A stretch of DNA of 64,000 nt, from NCBI GenBank assembly GCA_951406725.2, contig OX597815.1:132742001-132806000 (forward strand), read 5' to 3'. The notes beneath the pieces are model-generated. The model was not told where the DNA came from. It did no database searches and was given only the letters and a program-made list of their open reading frames with translations. Source of the DNA: Octopus vulgaris (taxonomy: Eukaryota). Position 1 is the first letter of the stretch; each line of letters starts with the position of its first letter. Shown in pieces: positions 13,266 to 27,739 of the stretch. A program made the position numbers and the translations under genes.

Positions 13266-16075
13266 GTATATACACGTATTCATTTACATCTGTAGGTATA
13301 CATGTATGTACGTGCGTGTGTGTGTTTGTGGTATGAGTATGTGTGTGTCTGCAGGCGGGCGTAGGATACGATCGGACTTTATGCTGAAAGGAAAGCTGAC
13401 AAGAGGAGGCTCGTGTAATTGTTATGATGTAGGTACTTCAATGAAAATGAAAATTTCTAATAAACATTTAGCTTCACCAATGCATTCATGCTGTCATAAA
13501 TTACAATAGATGTCAATATAAATGGGTTTATAAAATATACAAATACTGTTGATTTATCGGTCAGCTTCTCTGGACCAGAGCTGCAGCTAGCGTGACGAAT
13601 GATTCTGATTTATCGCTTTTTGTTGTTCCTTGTTTTTTTTTTTTTGTATCCAATTAAATATATCACACTGTAACCAAGACAATTGTCATTTGGTTGACCT
13701 AAATGTAAATTGGTGCTGTATTTCACTGCAGCAAGTAGGAACGAAAGGGAAAGTTATATTTGCTTGTAATAGTGAGTTTAACTATAGTCAGGCATTAGTC
13801 CTAAGCACACTGCGAAAACAGTAAGTTGGCTCACAGTACATAGCTACATTTTATTTAAAACCGTATCGTAGTTAAACCTGATACAAAGACAAGTAGAAAC
13901 ACCAATGACAAATAGCAATGCATTCGATTCTACGATGGTGTCAATTTCGACACCATTGGTGGGAAAGTCCAGCGGCCGGAAAATAGTTGTCTGTTATAGT
14001 AATTGTACTGTTGCAGCTAAGATAACTAACTCGTCTAATCTATCTGGCCATGAACAGGTACTATGATTATTTTTCTAATAACTCTAACAAAGAGATTACG
14101 GTTAAGCGCTTTCATGACTTTCAAAACTGAGTTCAAGGCTTTTTATGATCTTGGGGGAGACAATCGAAAATTATACCCGCTAAATTGCTGAATTTGGTAA
14201 CTGCCAAATTTACTAAATTTACTGTTTCGAAAATGTTGTCCAAAACTTTTTTAATTTTGATGAATTTTGTTAATACATGATTAATAAGAGATATTGAAAT
14301 TATTTGCTCTCTTTAGGCATTATTTGTTCTGTTTTTAATACATTATAAAGGCGAACATTATGTCGAAATATTTGAATATGTTTGTAAGAGCTTGTCGTGC
14401 AGATGGAAATAATTCTGGATCATAATGCTCTTTTGATACAATTTCGCGACTTGAGATTCCTAGGTGTCAGTTTTCATTTGGATTCACTAATATAATATTT
14501 ATTAAATTTAGATTGACTTTGTTTTAAATTATAATTATCTCCCTCAGAAGGAAATCGAACAAAAGAAATTCTTTATTTAATACACTGCAGTGGTTATGAA
14601 TTTTACGCTATCGTGAGAGATCGAGATTCTCGTCTAGAAACTCCAACATAGAAGAGCACAGGCGTTTTTTTTCATACGCACGCGAGCGCAAAATGATTAT
14701 AATGAAAATTTTCTCTATGAAATTCAGCACTAATGAAAACTGGCTTGCTACGAGAATCAGTAAAAAAATTATTGGAATATTTTTATCTGAGAATCTATAT
14801 GTCAATATAAATTTATCTTCCTCTACACCTGATCTGAAAAAAACTAAAACCAGATTAGTTTTTATCAAATATTTTTGTGAAATATTTCTAAACCTATCCA
14901 TTTTCAGTATACTCTTTCGATTTTTTACCAAATGAAATGCAAATGATTTACTTTTAATTAGGTTTTACTGATGAATCATAATCATACCGCAAAGTTTCTG
15001 TCTATAATGATTAAGTGGGTAAAGTTTGAAGCGAACACGAAATTATACTAAATATTCGGTTAATATATGGAATATTTTATTGAATCAAAGGAAGAGGGAA
15101 TTCTTTTTATGGGAAAGCTACATTCCTATGCTAAGAAATTGGAAAACAATTCAAAATTAACTTAAAATTCAATAGGTATCGCAAACAAACATCTGTAATT
15201 TTATTCTATTTTATGCATAGTGCTAGTTATGAGTTTTACGCCATCTTGAGAGTTTAGGTTCAAGCCGAGAACACGAAAATCGAAGAATACACAATAACTT
15301 GTTCATCTACACACAATCACGTACACTCACATGCACGCACACATATACACACACATACACACTCACACAATGTTTCTAATTATAGCCTTCGTTAATTTCT
15401 TTATCAATAAAAACATAATTATACATGTTCTAATAAATATTTTAGTAGTCGTATGACTAGATTTTAACTGTTTTAGAAACCAGTTATACGTAATACCTAA
15501 AGCATTTAAAATTTCATAGCTTTTTTCCCCTTATATTTCAGTTGAAAAATATAGGGCGCTCTGCTTAAAATGTCTCATAGACTAGGCAACTTATGATGCA
15601 TCTGTAAAGATGACGCGGAGAAACTTTCTTCGTAGAGTCCTGAAGTAAAAGGTGGCATATCCTTGTATGTGATATTTTCAATTTACGAGTCGAGGTATTG
15701 CACCTGTATGTGCATCAGATGTATGATGTTCACTGCTAAAATTCTTGAAGAACTTGACAGGTTTTATATTCACCAAATAGACAAAGGAGATATCTGAAAA
15801 TGCAAATTTCATAAATTTACTTTAAATGATCTTAACGAAAAAACAAAAACCTTACACTCTAACTGTAGAACGCGATTGAAAAAAAGCCGGATATATTGCT
15901 GAATGAATAAATGGTAGTTAAGTATTTTATTTTTGATTTCAAGCTGATAAGATGTTGGTATGACTTTAGAATCTACAATAAGATCGATTTCTTCGCGTAA
16001 ATCCTCGAAGACTGTTCCCCAGCAAGATTGAAGTCCAAAGACTGAAACAATTAGACGATAAAGATTTTTCTAAAC

Positions 16076-16275
16076 AGGCGCAGTAGTGACTGTGTGGTAA
16101 GTAGCTTACTTACTAGCCACATGGTTACGGGTTCAGTCCCATTGCGTGGCACCTTGGACAAGTGTCTTTTACTATAGCCTCGGACTGACCAATGCCTTGT
16201 GAGTGGACTTGGTTGACGGAAACTGATTAAAGCCCGTCGTATATATGTACGTATATATATATATATATATATCTT

Positions 16276-16308
<33 letters not shown>

Positions 16309-16542
16309 GCATGTATGTATGTATGTATGCATGTATGTATGTATGTAGGTATGTGTGTACCCAACATCGCTTGACAACCGATGCTGGTGTGTTTACGTCC
16401 CCGTAACTTAGCGGTTCGGCAAAAGAGACCGATAGAATAAGTACTAGGCTTACAAAAAGTAAATCTTGGGGTCGATATGCTCGACTAAAGGCGGTGCTCC
16501 AGCATGGCCGCAGTCAAGTGACTGAAACAAGTAAAAGAATAA
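16076..16542 (+). mobile_element. Full-length tRNA-derived SINE family A (reference copy in this window)
   Basis: A-box-like tgactgtgtggtaag, B-box ggttcagtccc, central microsatellite, tail ...ggcggtgctccagcatggccgcagtcaagtgactgaaacaagtaaaaga. Further copies or fragments at ~16650-16850(-), 19510-19700(-), 21365-21490(-), 33720-33950(-), 35760-35980(+), 45405-45560(+), 54625-54740(+). Confidence 0.88.
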
Positions 16543-19054
16543 ATATAAAGGTTATCTTTAAATTAATAAGCTTTATAGTATTACGCCACGTCTTCAGTTG
16601 TAACAGAAGGAAAGTTCCCAGCACCAACACCGACATAAAGACACACATATAGATACATACATACATACATACATACATACATACATACATACATACATAC
16701 ATACATGCATACCACAGGCTTTTTTCCACCTCCCTCTACCAAATACACTAACAAGGCAGTAACAAGCCTGGGGCTGCAGTAGAAGACACTTGCCTAAGAT
16801 TGCACGCAGTAGGACGTTGCAATGAAGTCTCTTAACTACACAGCCATGCCTACTAATGAAGACGAAAGCAAAAGCTAAACATCTTTTGAAAAAGAAAAAT
16901 GTGTTACAGATCCATTTGAAATTAAATTTGAAATCAAAGTAAATCATCCGGCAGCGATAAAGCCAGTCGTCGTCGTAGTCAGCTTTCCCATTAAATTCAA
17001 TATTTTGAAACAGTATACTAAGAATGATATGTCACAGCACATTTTGCAATAAATTCAATAAACAGATGTGTTATCTTAATTGTGAACAATTTATATTTTG
17101 ATGGATCTATATATTCACAATGAAGGTATAGGGAGCTTAATTAGTGTTACAGTGTATAATTGTTTTAGTTTCATGATATATAACCGCCCACTATAAAGCT
17201 TTTAAAATGCTTTTGATTCATAGGCTATATTAAGCATTGGTATTCATGTAGTAGCGTTATCTACTTCACACGATTTCCATACATACTATAACACACGAAA
17301 CAAGAGCAGTGGCCGGCTACTTAGGGTTATATATCAAAGTTAACTATTCGATAAAATTGCGTTAACATTTATGTAAGACTTCTATGTGTAAAGAATCTGT
17401 GACATCTATTTTTAGTTCTTTTGGTTTTTTTAGACAAACATTTCACACCATCACTACATTATTTGACTTGCAAAGACAAATTTCAGGACGTACAATAATA
17501 TTGACGAAAATGAGATTTAGCAGGTAAATGGGAAAAAAATTAGTGCAAAAACTTATTTGCAAAGAAATGCTTACAGAAAAATCAGGTCTCATTCAAAGCG
17601 TTTTATATAAAACTCAAATATTATTGTAGAGGAATGAACAAATAAAATACGGCATGGTCAAAGTAGACAAAATTTATATTGAGAATTTTTCTTATATTTT
17701 ACATGGTTATTTTTTCTTGTGCATGCCATTTGAACTCTTGGTGTCGATGGATCTCTTAATGATATTTGCATTGACAAATATCTGAGAGAAAATCATAGAA
17801 ATTTAAAAAGTTCGCCACCCAGCAAAAACTTAGCACCATATACTTGCACATGCTGAATCGTAGTGTCGATCTTAGATATTCCTCACAACTTTCATACAAG
17901 AATTAATAACTGTGTCAGCTGCTGGTTTCGCACATCATGGAGTGGTATTTAGAAAAGGATTGTTTCTGGCAATCATGCACAGTTTGTTAACTGTGAATTA
18001 AATGGTGTTTAGGACAGTGGAATTGTGTGACTTATCAACCCTAATCAAATGCTTGAGTACAGACAATCAGCACAACAATTGACTATGTATTTCAATCATA
18101 TATTGAACAATGAAGACTTTGGAAGAGAAATCTTGTTTATCTATAGATACCGTCCTTATTTGTTTCAAAGAGAATTCCCACCTTTTCTAAATTGAAATCG
18201 ACTTTTACTTGACAAATAATAAAGTCCTTGTATCAGATACATGAATGGCAGTAATAATAATAGAGCAACATATAACATGAAATATTATGATGTGGGGAAA
18301 ACAAGCGGCCAGATATTGAAATGTTGTACGTAAGTACAAACCAAATTTTTTTACCAAATTTTGGTCACGTCTCCAGGTGGCCTGAAAACATTCATGACAT
18401 GAAGTCAGAGCGTTGAATTTGTGGAAGTGATGCTTGAGTTCGGTGTCGAAGCTCGATCGCGAATCAAGCAAAACAGATTATGGTCCAACATGATTAATGT
18501 GTTATCACAAAAGATCGAACCTGGCGAAGAATCACGATTCAATGCCATAGCTTTTCTGGGTGAACACGAATATAGTGATCAAACACAGTTTTTAGTGTAA
18601 ATGAAATAAACAAAAACGAAAGGAAGATATAACTATTTTTTACATGATTCATGCGATTTACGAGCGTACAGTACGACGTGAATGACCCGATCGTCAAATG
18701 ATCATTGCTTTTTAATATGGTTGTCACTGGAATGAAGTATTTCGATTATTCAATTACATAAGACCCCGTGCACTTAGGGTGGCGCTTCGCATTAAGCAGT
18801 TTACGGTGTTACACAGTTACAGATCTTCATAAAGTACATTAGCGAAAGTATTTATTATAGTGGTAATTATATTTATTATTTTATTATGGTTATAGACTTT
18901 TGTTGAACGAATAAAAATGTAACTATAAGTTTTGTTCCTATATTAAAGCGACACATGAGCAACGAGTGCAAAGCTTTCGTTAGTTGCCCAGTAACGGTCG
19001 TCGGGAAGTCAACAATTCAAGTGGTACACTCATAGCTACCACACACAATCTTTT

Positions 19055-20000
<946 letters not shown>

Positions 20001-20180
20001 TCGTCATGATCTATGTTAATCACTTTACACTTAATATCCTTTTACCTCATAAAATTATATGCTGTTATGTCAATAGATATGTGTTTTGAATGACTGTCGT
20101 AAATGACAATCATTCATATTTTAATTTATTCAGCCAACTGAAGGCATTCCGTAACAGTCAGGTCGACCGAACTTGAGAAG

Positions 20181-20202
20181 ATGATGAAAAACGAAGCAGA
20201 AG
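20181..20202 (+). CDS. Kelch-repeat gene, first coding exon (whole exon 20134-20202; codes MMKNEAE plus G)
   Basis: Acceptor ttaatttattcAG ending 20133 and donor AG|GTAAGT at 20203. Ends in phase 1, matching the next exon (G|AC = Asp). In-frame TGA at 20139-20141 upstream of the ATG. Confidence 0.6.
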
Positions 20203-20239
20203 GTAAGTAAATTATATAACTTGGACTCATGATTTTCTC

Positions 20240-20457
20240 CTACACATAAGTAGGTGTATGTATAGGCATATATATATACATACATATATATATATATATA
20301 TATTTATATATGTATATATATATATATATTATATATATATACGTATATATGTTTGTGTGTATGTGTGTGAGTGTGTGTGTATGTGTATTTGTAGGTATAT
20401 ATAGATACGTGTTATATATATGTAGCACATATCTATTATCTATTTATATATGTGTGT

Positions 20458-20496
<39 letters not shown>

Positions 20497-20548
20497 GAAA
20501 CACAAGAGGAGATAGATAGATAGAAAGATAGATAGACAAATAGATAGG

Positions 20549-20606
<58 letters not shown>

Positions 20607-20760
20607 CATAGATACATAGACAGATAAAGAGAGATGAATAGATAAACATATATACATGTACATATATTCATATACAAACATACATACTGACAGACACACA
20701 CACATATATACATACATATACATATGCAGACACATATATAAATTCATACATCCATACATA
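20240..20760. repeat. (TA)n/(TG)n/(TAGA)n compound microsatellites
   Basis: Direct inspection. Confidence 0.9.
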
Positions 20761-21488
20761 AAGAGAAGCAGATATGAGTGCGCGGTATGTGTGTTTTTTG
20801 TTTGTATGTGTATATTTGTGACCGTAAATGAATCGGCGCATCTGGATATATCACATTTTGTAATTAGAAATGTTGCAAATATCTCTGAATTCATTACGGT
20901 CGTTTTAAACCCATCTACGCTAAAATTCTCAACCGGTCTGTATGGGAAGCCTCTATTCAGTCGCTCCTGTCTCTCAGACCACTGCTTGTGGTATCATAGT
21001 GCCCATTGCCAGGGTACGTAAGCTTAAGTGTCTGTGTCAAACGTTATTTATGTAAATAACAGCATAGCCTCAAGTTAGAGTTCCCTAATTCCAAATTATT
21101 TGAACAAAGAGCAAGAGGGCAAATTTCTAGTGGAACTATTTCCACAGAAACTATACTGATGGTCGCTAATAAAGGAAAGAGTCTGAACAATTAGGCAATC
21201 TTGTTATTTACGACCAATTTCATTCAGCCAACGGGGATATACATATGTTTTCAAGCGTACCAGTGCCAGCTATATACATGTGTCCGCATGCGTGTGCACG
21301 TGTGTTTGTGGAAGGATATATACATATATATATACAAATATATACATATATATACTCTCTTTTTTCTTTTACTCTCTTTTACTTGTTTCAGTCATTTGAC
21401 TGCGGCCATGCTGGAGCACCGCCTTTAGTCGAGCAAATCGACCCCGGGACTTATTCTTTGTAAGCCCAGTACTTATTCTATCGGTCTC

Positions 21489-21524
<36 letters not shown>

Positions 21525-22309
21525 TGTATGTATGTATGTATGTATGTATGCATGTATGTATCTATGTATACATACATACATATATATTTATATATATATA
21601 TATATATAAGAATATATTAGTGTGTGTATGAGTGAGTTTATCCTTGTAACTTGTATTGACACGCATACATACATACACACACTCACACACACATGTGTTT
21701 GTACACATGCGCAGTCCGACGCACGCACACACAGAACCACAGACATTCAAACATACATATGCATATGGTCGGAGTGTGTATGCGTCGTACTGCTTTGGGA
21801 ATAACGCAGATGAACTGTCCTTTTGGTGACGTCTGTGATATTTAGCCAATATTTGTGTATCTCATTTGTCATAATGTCATAACTCAACTAATTGTAATAA
21901 TGATTAGAAAAAGCAACAAAGTAAATTAAGGCTGAGTTGTCCAAAAACGATTTCTGTTTGTTTTCATAACTGTTTTGATGTCATCCTATTTTGATGTCTA
22001 GCTTCATTTATTAGAAAACATTTTCCGTTCTTATCCATTCATTCATTCATTGCTTTGAAGGCTTTAATAATAAGTCACCGACCTAAATAGGTGAATGTCA
22101 GGGTTATTAACGTGACCTGTGTGTGTGTGTCGGTGTTAAATGTTGAGTAGCAGAGTTATTGTTCACATCTACTCTAAATATGTGTCTACTTTTATTCGTT
22201 ATGTATGCCACGGCCTTGTGAGTTATATCTTTCATATTGCTGTGATAAACCATGGAACATACTCGATAACACTTAGTTGTTTTCAGTATTGTTGCATCTT
22301 GCACTCTAT

Positions 22310-22585
22310 AAGTTATGACGACGACGGTTTCAGCTAATCCTATCAACGAAACAGCCTGCTCGCGAAAGAGACTCGTACCATTTACGTAGTTCTCGGAGTA
22401 ATTCAGCGTGACACAGAACGGGAACAGTCTGACCCTTTGTATCATAGGTACGACTTATTTTCGACAGCTGAATGGACTGGGGCAACATGAAATAAAGTGT
22501 CTCGCTCTAAGACACAACGTGCAGCCGAGTGTCGTGCCTATGACTTTATGATTCTGAACCGAATATCCCTAACCACTACGCCTTC
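22310..22585 (-). mobile_element. SINE family C, degenerate
   Basis: Reverse complement similar to 40642-40958. Confidence 0.7.
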
Positions 22586-24326
22586 TTGAACTACAGAAAA
22601 AAGTTGAATACACATCATTGAATGAGCTCCTATGTAATCGCCTTACATCCGTGAAAGAACAAACGTTCTTAAAACGATTGCAGTATTGTCTTGCTTTGAT
22701 CGTTTGTATGATCCGTTAACTCTGAACACTAACAAAATTTACAATGGAAGTCTGTTATTCCATCAGAACGAGGACTCAGTTAACTTGCTCTAATCTTCTT
22801 ATAGTAATGAACCATTGTGAAGACTTGTAAATGAACACAAAGGCATTCGTCCATATATCCACATATGCGTGTGCAGGCCTAGATAAGATTTCTTTGAAGA
22901 AGCCTGCCAGGTGTTCACGAATGCAAGTTTCCTCCACAACCGAAACATTTTTAAGAGAACGGCTGCCGTCAGTTCGTCACAGCCGTTGCACTCAGAACCC
23001 AAAGAGCTCAATCAAATACTGCAATGTACCCCGCACGAATCTGCAACACTTCCTCCAATCAACCTTTTGCTTTCGTATTTTTGTTTATTTTATAATGTTC
23101 AAATGAAAAGTTAACCTACGCGGCATTTGAGCTTAAAGTGCAGAGTGTGAGAAAAAATGCCGCTAGGAATTGTATCCAACGTTACAGCAACAGCGTAAAG
23201 TAACCTCATAAATTGTTCCTTGAAATAGTTACGAGTCCCTAACTCTGTTGAGAATTGCATATAAATCAAGGAAATTACTCGACAAGTATAAACACAGCTA
23301 ATCTGACTTATTTCAAAAGACACCCCTCCGTGCTAAATATTTGCGAACAGATTCTCTCAGATGTTCTACCCAAATATTGACAACGCAAAGAACATTTCTG
23401 CTGCAAAAATGCTTATCACATTTCGATAAACTGCTTTATTACTTTTGCCACATAGAAAAATAAAAAATGAAACGTGTTCTTTAAGTCAGTATAGTTACTC
23501 CATTTCCATCCTTGTTTTAATTTCATTACATTACGTCCATAATGTATTTTCGAATGCTATAATCGCCTCAGGTTTTCATCATTTCTGATTTAAACATTTT
23601 TTTCTTTTGTTATGGACTCAATCTGGTTTTCGTTGTTTTATTAGTTTTGTATATCAGAGGTGTTCCAAACTTAATATCATCCCTTTTCGTATGGTACATA
23701 TATTATTTAACGTGTATTTCCATTTTTATAACAACAGATGCGATTTTGTTAAATTTGTGGTAGCTATTTTGAGGTGGTAAAACGATCTCCTTCATTGGAG
23801 CTCGTGTCTCCTGCCCTTAGTGGGAAAATTTACTTTTCAGTGGGCCTGAAGTGTTATGAGCTCTATGTATTTTTTAAATAATTAATATTTCGCTTTGGGA
23901 AGTCGACTAAATAATTGGGGGCAAAACACAGCAACCAGTTACCAGCCACACGATTGCTTGACCTGCTGGAAATAGCAATCAAACTTTCCTAAGCAGTCAA
24001 TCTTTCTTAACATTGTACTATCTCAATCAATTTTGAAGAAAACTTTAGAAAATGTAACCCTAGATATTTATAAAACTGCGACAAGATGAGAACAGCTGTT
24101 CTATGTCATTTACCTTAGATCTGCTTTATCAGAGTTGATATAAGGCTACCTAACAATAGCAACAACAACACGGGTTTTGTTGAAGTTCTTTTAACTTACT
24201 GCGATATATTTCCTGGATTGCCTTACATAATGTCTTGAATCTAGAGAATGTCTTTTCGATAGTGTATGTAACTAAGCATCAAAAGGCATTGTGTTGAGTA
24301 ATTCACGCACATGCATACACTCTCCT

Positions 24327-24392
<66 letters not shown>

Positions 24393-24742
24393 CTTTCTGT
24401 TTCTATCTTACGTCACAATAACATAAGCAGCTGTGATGTAACTCCAGTAGAATCAATAGGCGATAACATAGTTCTGAAAAGGTTGCATACGCGACTATTC
24501 AAACGAAATCAAGTAAAGCCTTTTGTATAGGCCATTAATGTCTTTCTCCATACTTGTGCTTCATCGGAAAACGTTGTTATTTCTCTTATACTCTAGAAAA
24601 TGTTATTTTATTACACCCTCAGCTAATGCAATAGTGTTGTTTAGATGAATACTCCTAGATTTATTATTGCTTTCGCTTTTTCTTTTTTAGTTTTGCATCT
24701 TGACAAACCTTTTCTTAGACATGGAGTCTATAACACTTTATC

Positions 24743-24785
<43 letters not shown>

Positions 24786-25811
24786 TTGTGTTTTTCTCTT
24801 TTATCCCTGTCTACCTGTCTCCTAACATTTATATTAATAAAGACGTACTTTAATTTACTTGAGAAACTAAGAATCACAAGCTCTTAGAAAAGGAAACACT
24901 CCTGGGATTAGATATGTATATACAAACTGCATAAAGAAGAATAACCATTACATAGAAAGGACAATACGCAAACTCATAATTGTAGATAGACGCACACACA
25001 CACAAATCTATATACGCTGAAGATAATATTTACACAAATATGCAGAGAGCAGTTCCATAATAGAGATATAGAAGCAAGACACATAGATATACAGAAATTA
25101 TCATCAAGAGAAACAAAACATTCAAATTATATAATCCTAAGTATACAGCACATGTTTAAATATTTTCATAAGCAGACAGCTCAATAAACTAAACTGTAAT
25201 ATTGGAGACATCTAATCATATATATATGAGCGCATAGTGAAATACACAGAACTGTATATGTACATGTATTAAAATCGTTGCAATACGTTAACAAACATTG
25301 AATAAATAGAAAATAAAAACGATACATAATACGTAATGGAACAGTTACGTATTTTCACGAATGTACATCCTTATTATTCACAAATATACGGCATTGCATA
25401 AAAGGAAACATTCCCAAGCACACACGCACACACACGTACATACATATAATCCGTCAGACATGGAAATACAAATACAAATCTAATATTGTTTATGTGGCTT
25501 GAGAGTAGTTGAAACTAATATTGAAAAACTCCCAGAATACGAATCTTTTTTTTTCTTATGAGATAACGAGCTTAAAATAAATATAATCTCCGGATGAAAA
25601 AATTTATTGAAAATATAATAAAGTGTAACAGATATAACTATAATGGCTGATGTGGACATTCAGGATAGATAAAAACGTAACTATTTTCCCAGTTGTGTAA
25701 AAAAGCAGAGACAAAGTATTTAACGTCATTTTTAAGACACGGTGATGTATTGAAGAACTAAAGGAAAGAAATATTTTCTCCATTTTTATTTATAAAATGA
25801 ATTATTTCTCC

Positions 25812-25835
25812 TTATTATTATTATTATTATTATTA

Positions 25836-25885
<50 letters not shown>

Positions 25886-26237
25886 TTGTATTATCTATGA
25901 AATTAATTCCCTTGATGTCTATAACATTATTAATGTCTACAAACAATAATGATAAAAGAGTAATGAATGTATTGGTGACTCTAATAGAATCTGATGACGA
26001 CGATGACGACGACATCGGTGATGACATTGGTGTTGATGATGATGTTGACGATGACAGTGATGACGAAACGTTGGCGATGATGATGAGGAGGAGGAAGAGG
26101 AGGTGGAGGATAAATATGATGATGCTGATGATGATTTTGGTGAAGATGATGATCGTAGTCATGGTCATGGTGGTGACGCTGGTGATGTTGAAAGTAATGA
26201 TGACGACGACGGCTATTGCGTAATAGTGAGACAGAGA

Positions 26238-26310
<73 letters not shown>

Positions 26311-26322
26311 TGCGTGCGTGTG
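25812..26322. repeat. (TTA)n, degenerate (GAT)n and (TG)n low-complexity block
   Basis: Direct inspection. Confidence 0.9.
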
Positions 26323-26861
26323 CATGAAAAGGGTACGTGTTTCATGCTCGGATACAACATAATTTTTCCTTATGAGAGGTTTTTATGTAAATGTAGATAT
26401 TTTGCTTTTAGAAGTAAAAAGGGGGAAAAAATAATGATAATTTAATGAAATTAAAGTAAGTTAACGACTATGCTAAGTAATTAGCAATTTGTTGCGTGAA
26501 GTTAAACAAATTGAAAATGTGGAAATTAATTTCCTTTTTTCTGTTATCTTTTTTCTGTTTTGTTTTTTATAGTAGAGTGAAAAAGCATCATTTATTACAG
26601 TTTTAAAAAAAAGTCAAATATTTCACACATAACTTCAAGGAAAGTGTTCCATATTTGTTAGCAAAGCGATAACTTACCAAACACATCAGTCACACACATA
26701 CACCAGCCCACGTCACACAAACACATTCGCACATACATACACAAACACACACACATACAAACATACACACACACAAACACACATACACAAGCACACACAC
26801 ACGTACACTAGCACATACAAACACGCACACACAAACACACGAATGCACAGATATGCAAACA

Positions 26862-27321
26862 TCGTGGAACCCCATCGGTTGCGACGACGTGGGTTCCAGT
26901 TAATCCGATCAACGGAACAACCAGCTCGTGAAATTAACGTGCAAGTGGTTGAGCACTCCGCAGACACGTGTACTCTTAACGTAGTCCTCAGGGAGATTCA
27001 GCGTGACACAGAGTGTGACAAGGCTGGCCAACACATCAGTCACACACGTACACATGCGCACACACACAAACCTATTCACACACACAGAGTGGGGACAAGG
27101 CTAGCCCTTTGAAATACAGGTAGAAAGAAATACAGAAAGAAAGAGTGCGAGAAAGTTGTGGTGAAAGAGTACAGCAGTCTCATCAACACCCCCTGCCGGA
27201 GGCTCGCGGAGCTTCAAATGTTTTCGCTCAATAAACACTCCCGACACCCGGTCTGGGAATCGAAGCCGCGGTCCTACAAGAGCGAGTCCGCTACTCTAAC
27301 CACTGGGCCATTGCACCTCCA
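26862..27321 (-). mobile_element. SINE family D (tRNA head, tail shared with family C) with an internal insertion
   Basis: Head reverse complement ggaggtgcaatggcccagtggttag...ggcttcgattcccagaccgg; tail matches family C. Confidence 0.8.
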
Positions 27322-27739
27322 CTATACAAACATACAGGGGTGTGCATATATTTTCATAGATTTTGATTACGTCATACGAAGCTGTTTGATGTAGTTTATG
27401 CCTATTTTCATTTTTATGTCTATTTTCATTTTGACGATTTTATGATATCACTGCGCCAGCCACTCCCTATTTACGGAAAACGATATGTCCTGTTATTACA
27501 GCTTGTTTCTAAAATATAAGTTTTGGCTCCTGGCATTCCGCAACACCCCCACATGGTCTTCAGATTATCTTTCGTATTCTTCTACATATAAGGCAAGGAT
27601 TTATTTGTCAATATAGAGCGCACATCGAATCCATAAACGAGATATTTTTTAGTTCATCATGCTAGCCCAAATTTGTGCTGAATTTCTTAATTAGAAATTT
27701 CCAGGCACAGGCGTGGCTGTGTGGTAAGTAGCTTGCTTA

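Noticed and set aside
11987-13283. Long ORFs of [12 protein letters not shown] and MYVC type, here and throughout the window
   Set aside because: Translations of stop-free microsatellites, with no splice or homology support.
14090-15260. Possible old DNA transposon or MITE (27-bp similarity at ~14593 and ~15227)
   Set aside because: Could not define TIRs, a TSD or coding motifs by eye.
17600-18500. Possible piggyBac relic (LSIDTVLICFKE at ~18138-18173)
   Set aside because: One weak motif only, with no TTAA/TIR pair identified; needs a translated profile search.
25881-26360. Asp/Met/His-rich ORFs, superficially like acidic or reflectin-type proteins
   Set aside because: Degenerate (GAT)n between two microsatellites, with no reflectin motif and no splice sites.
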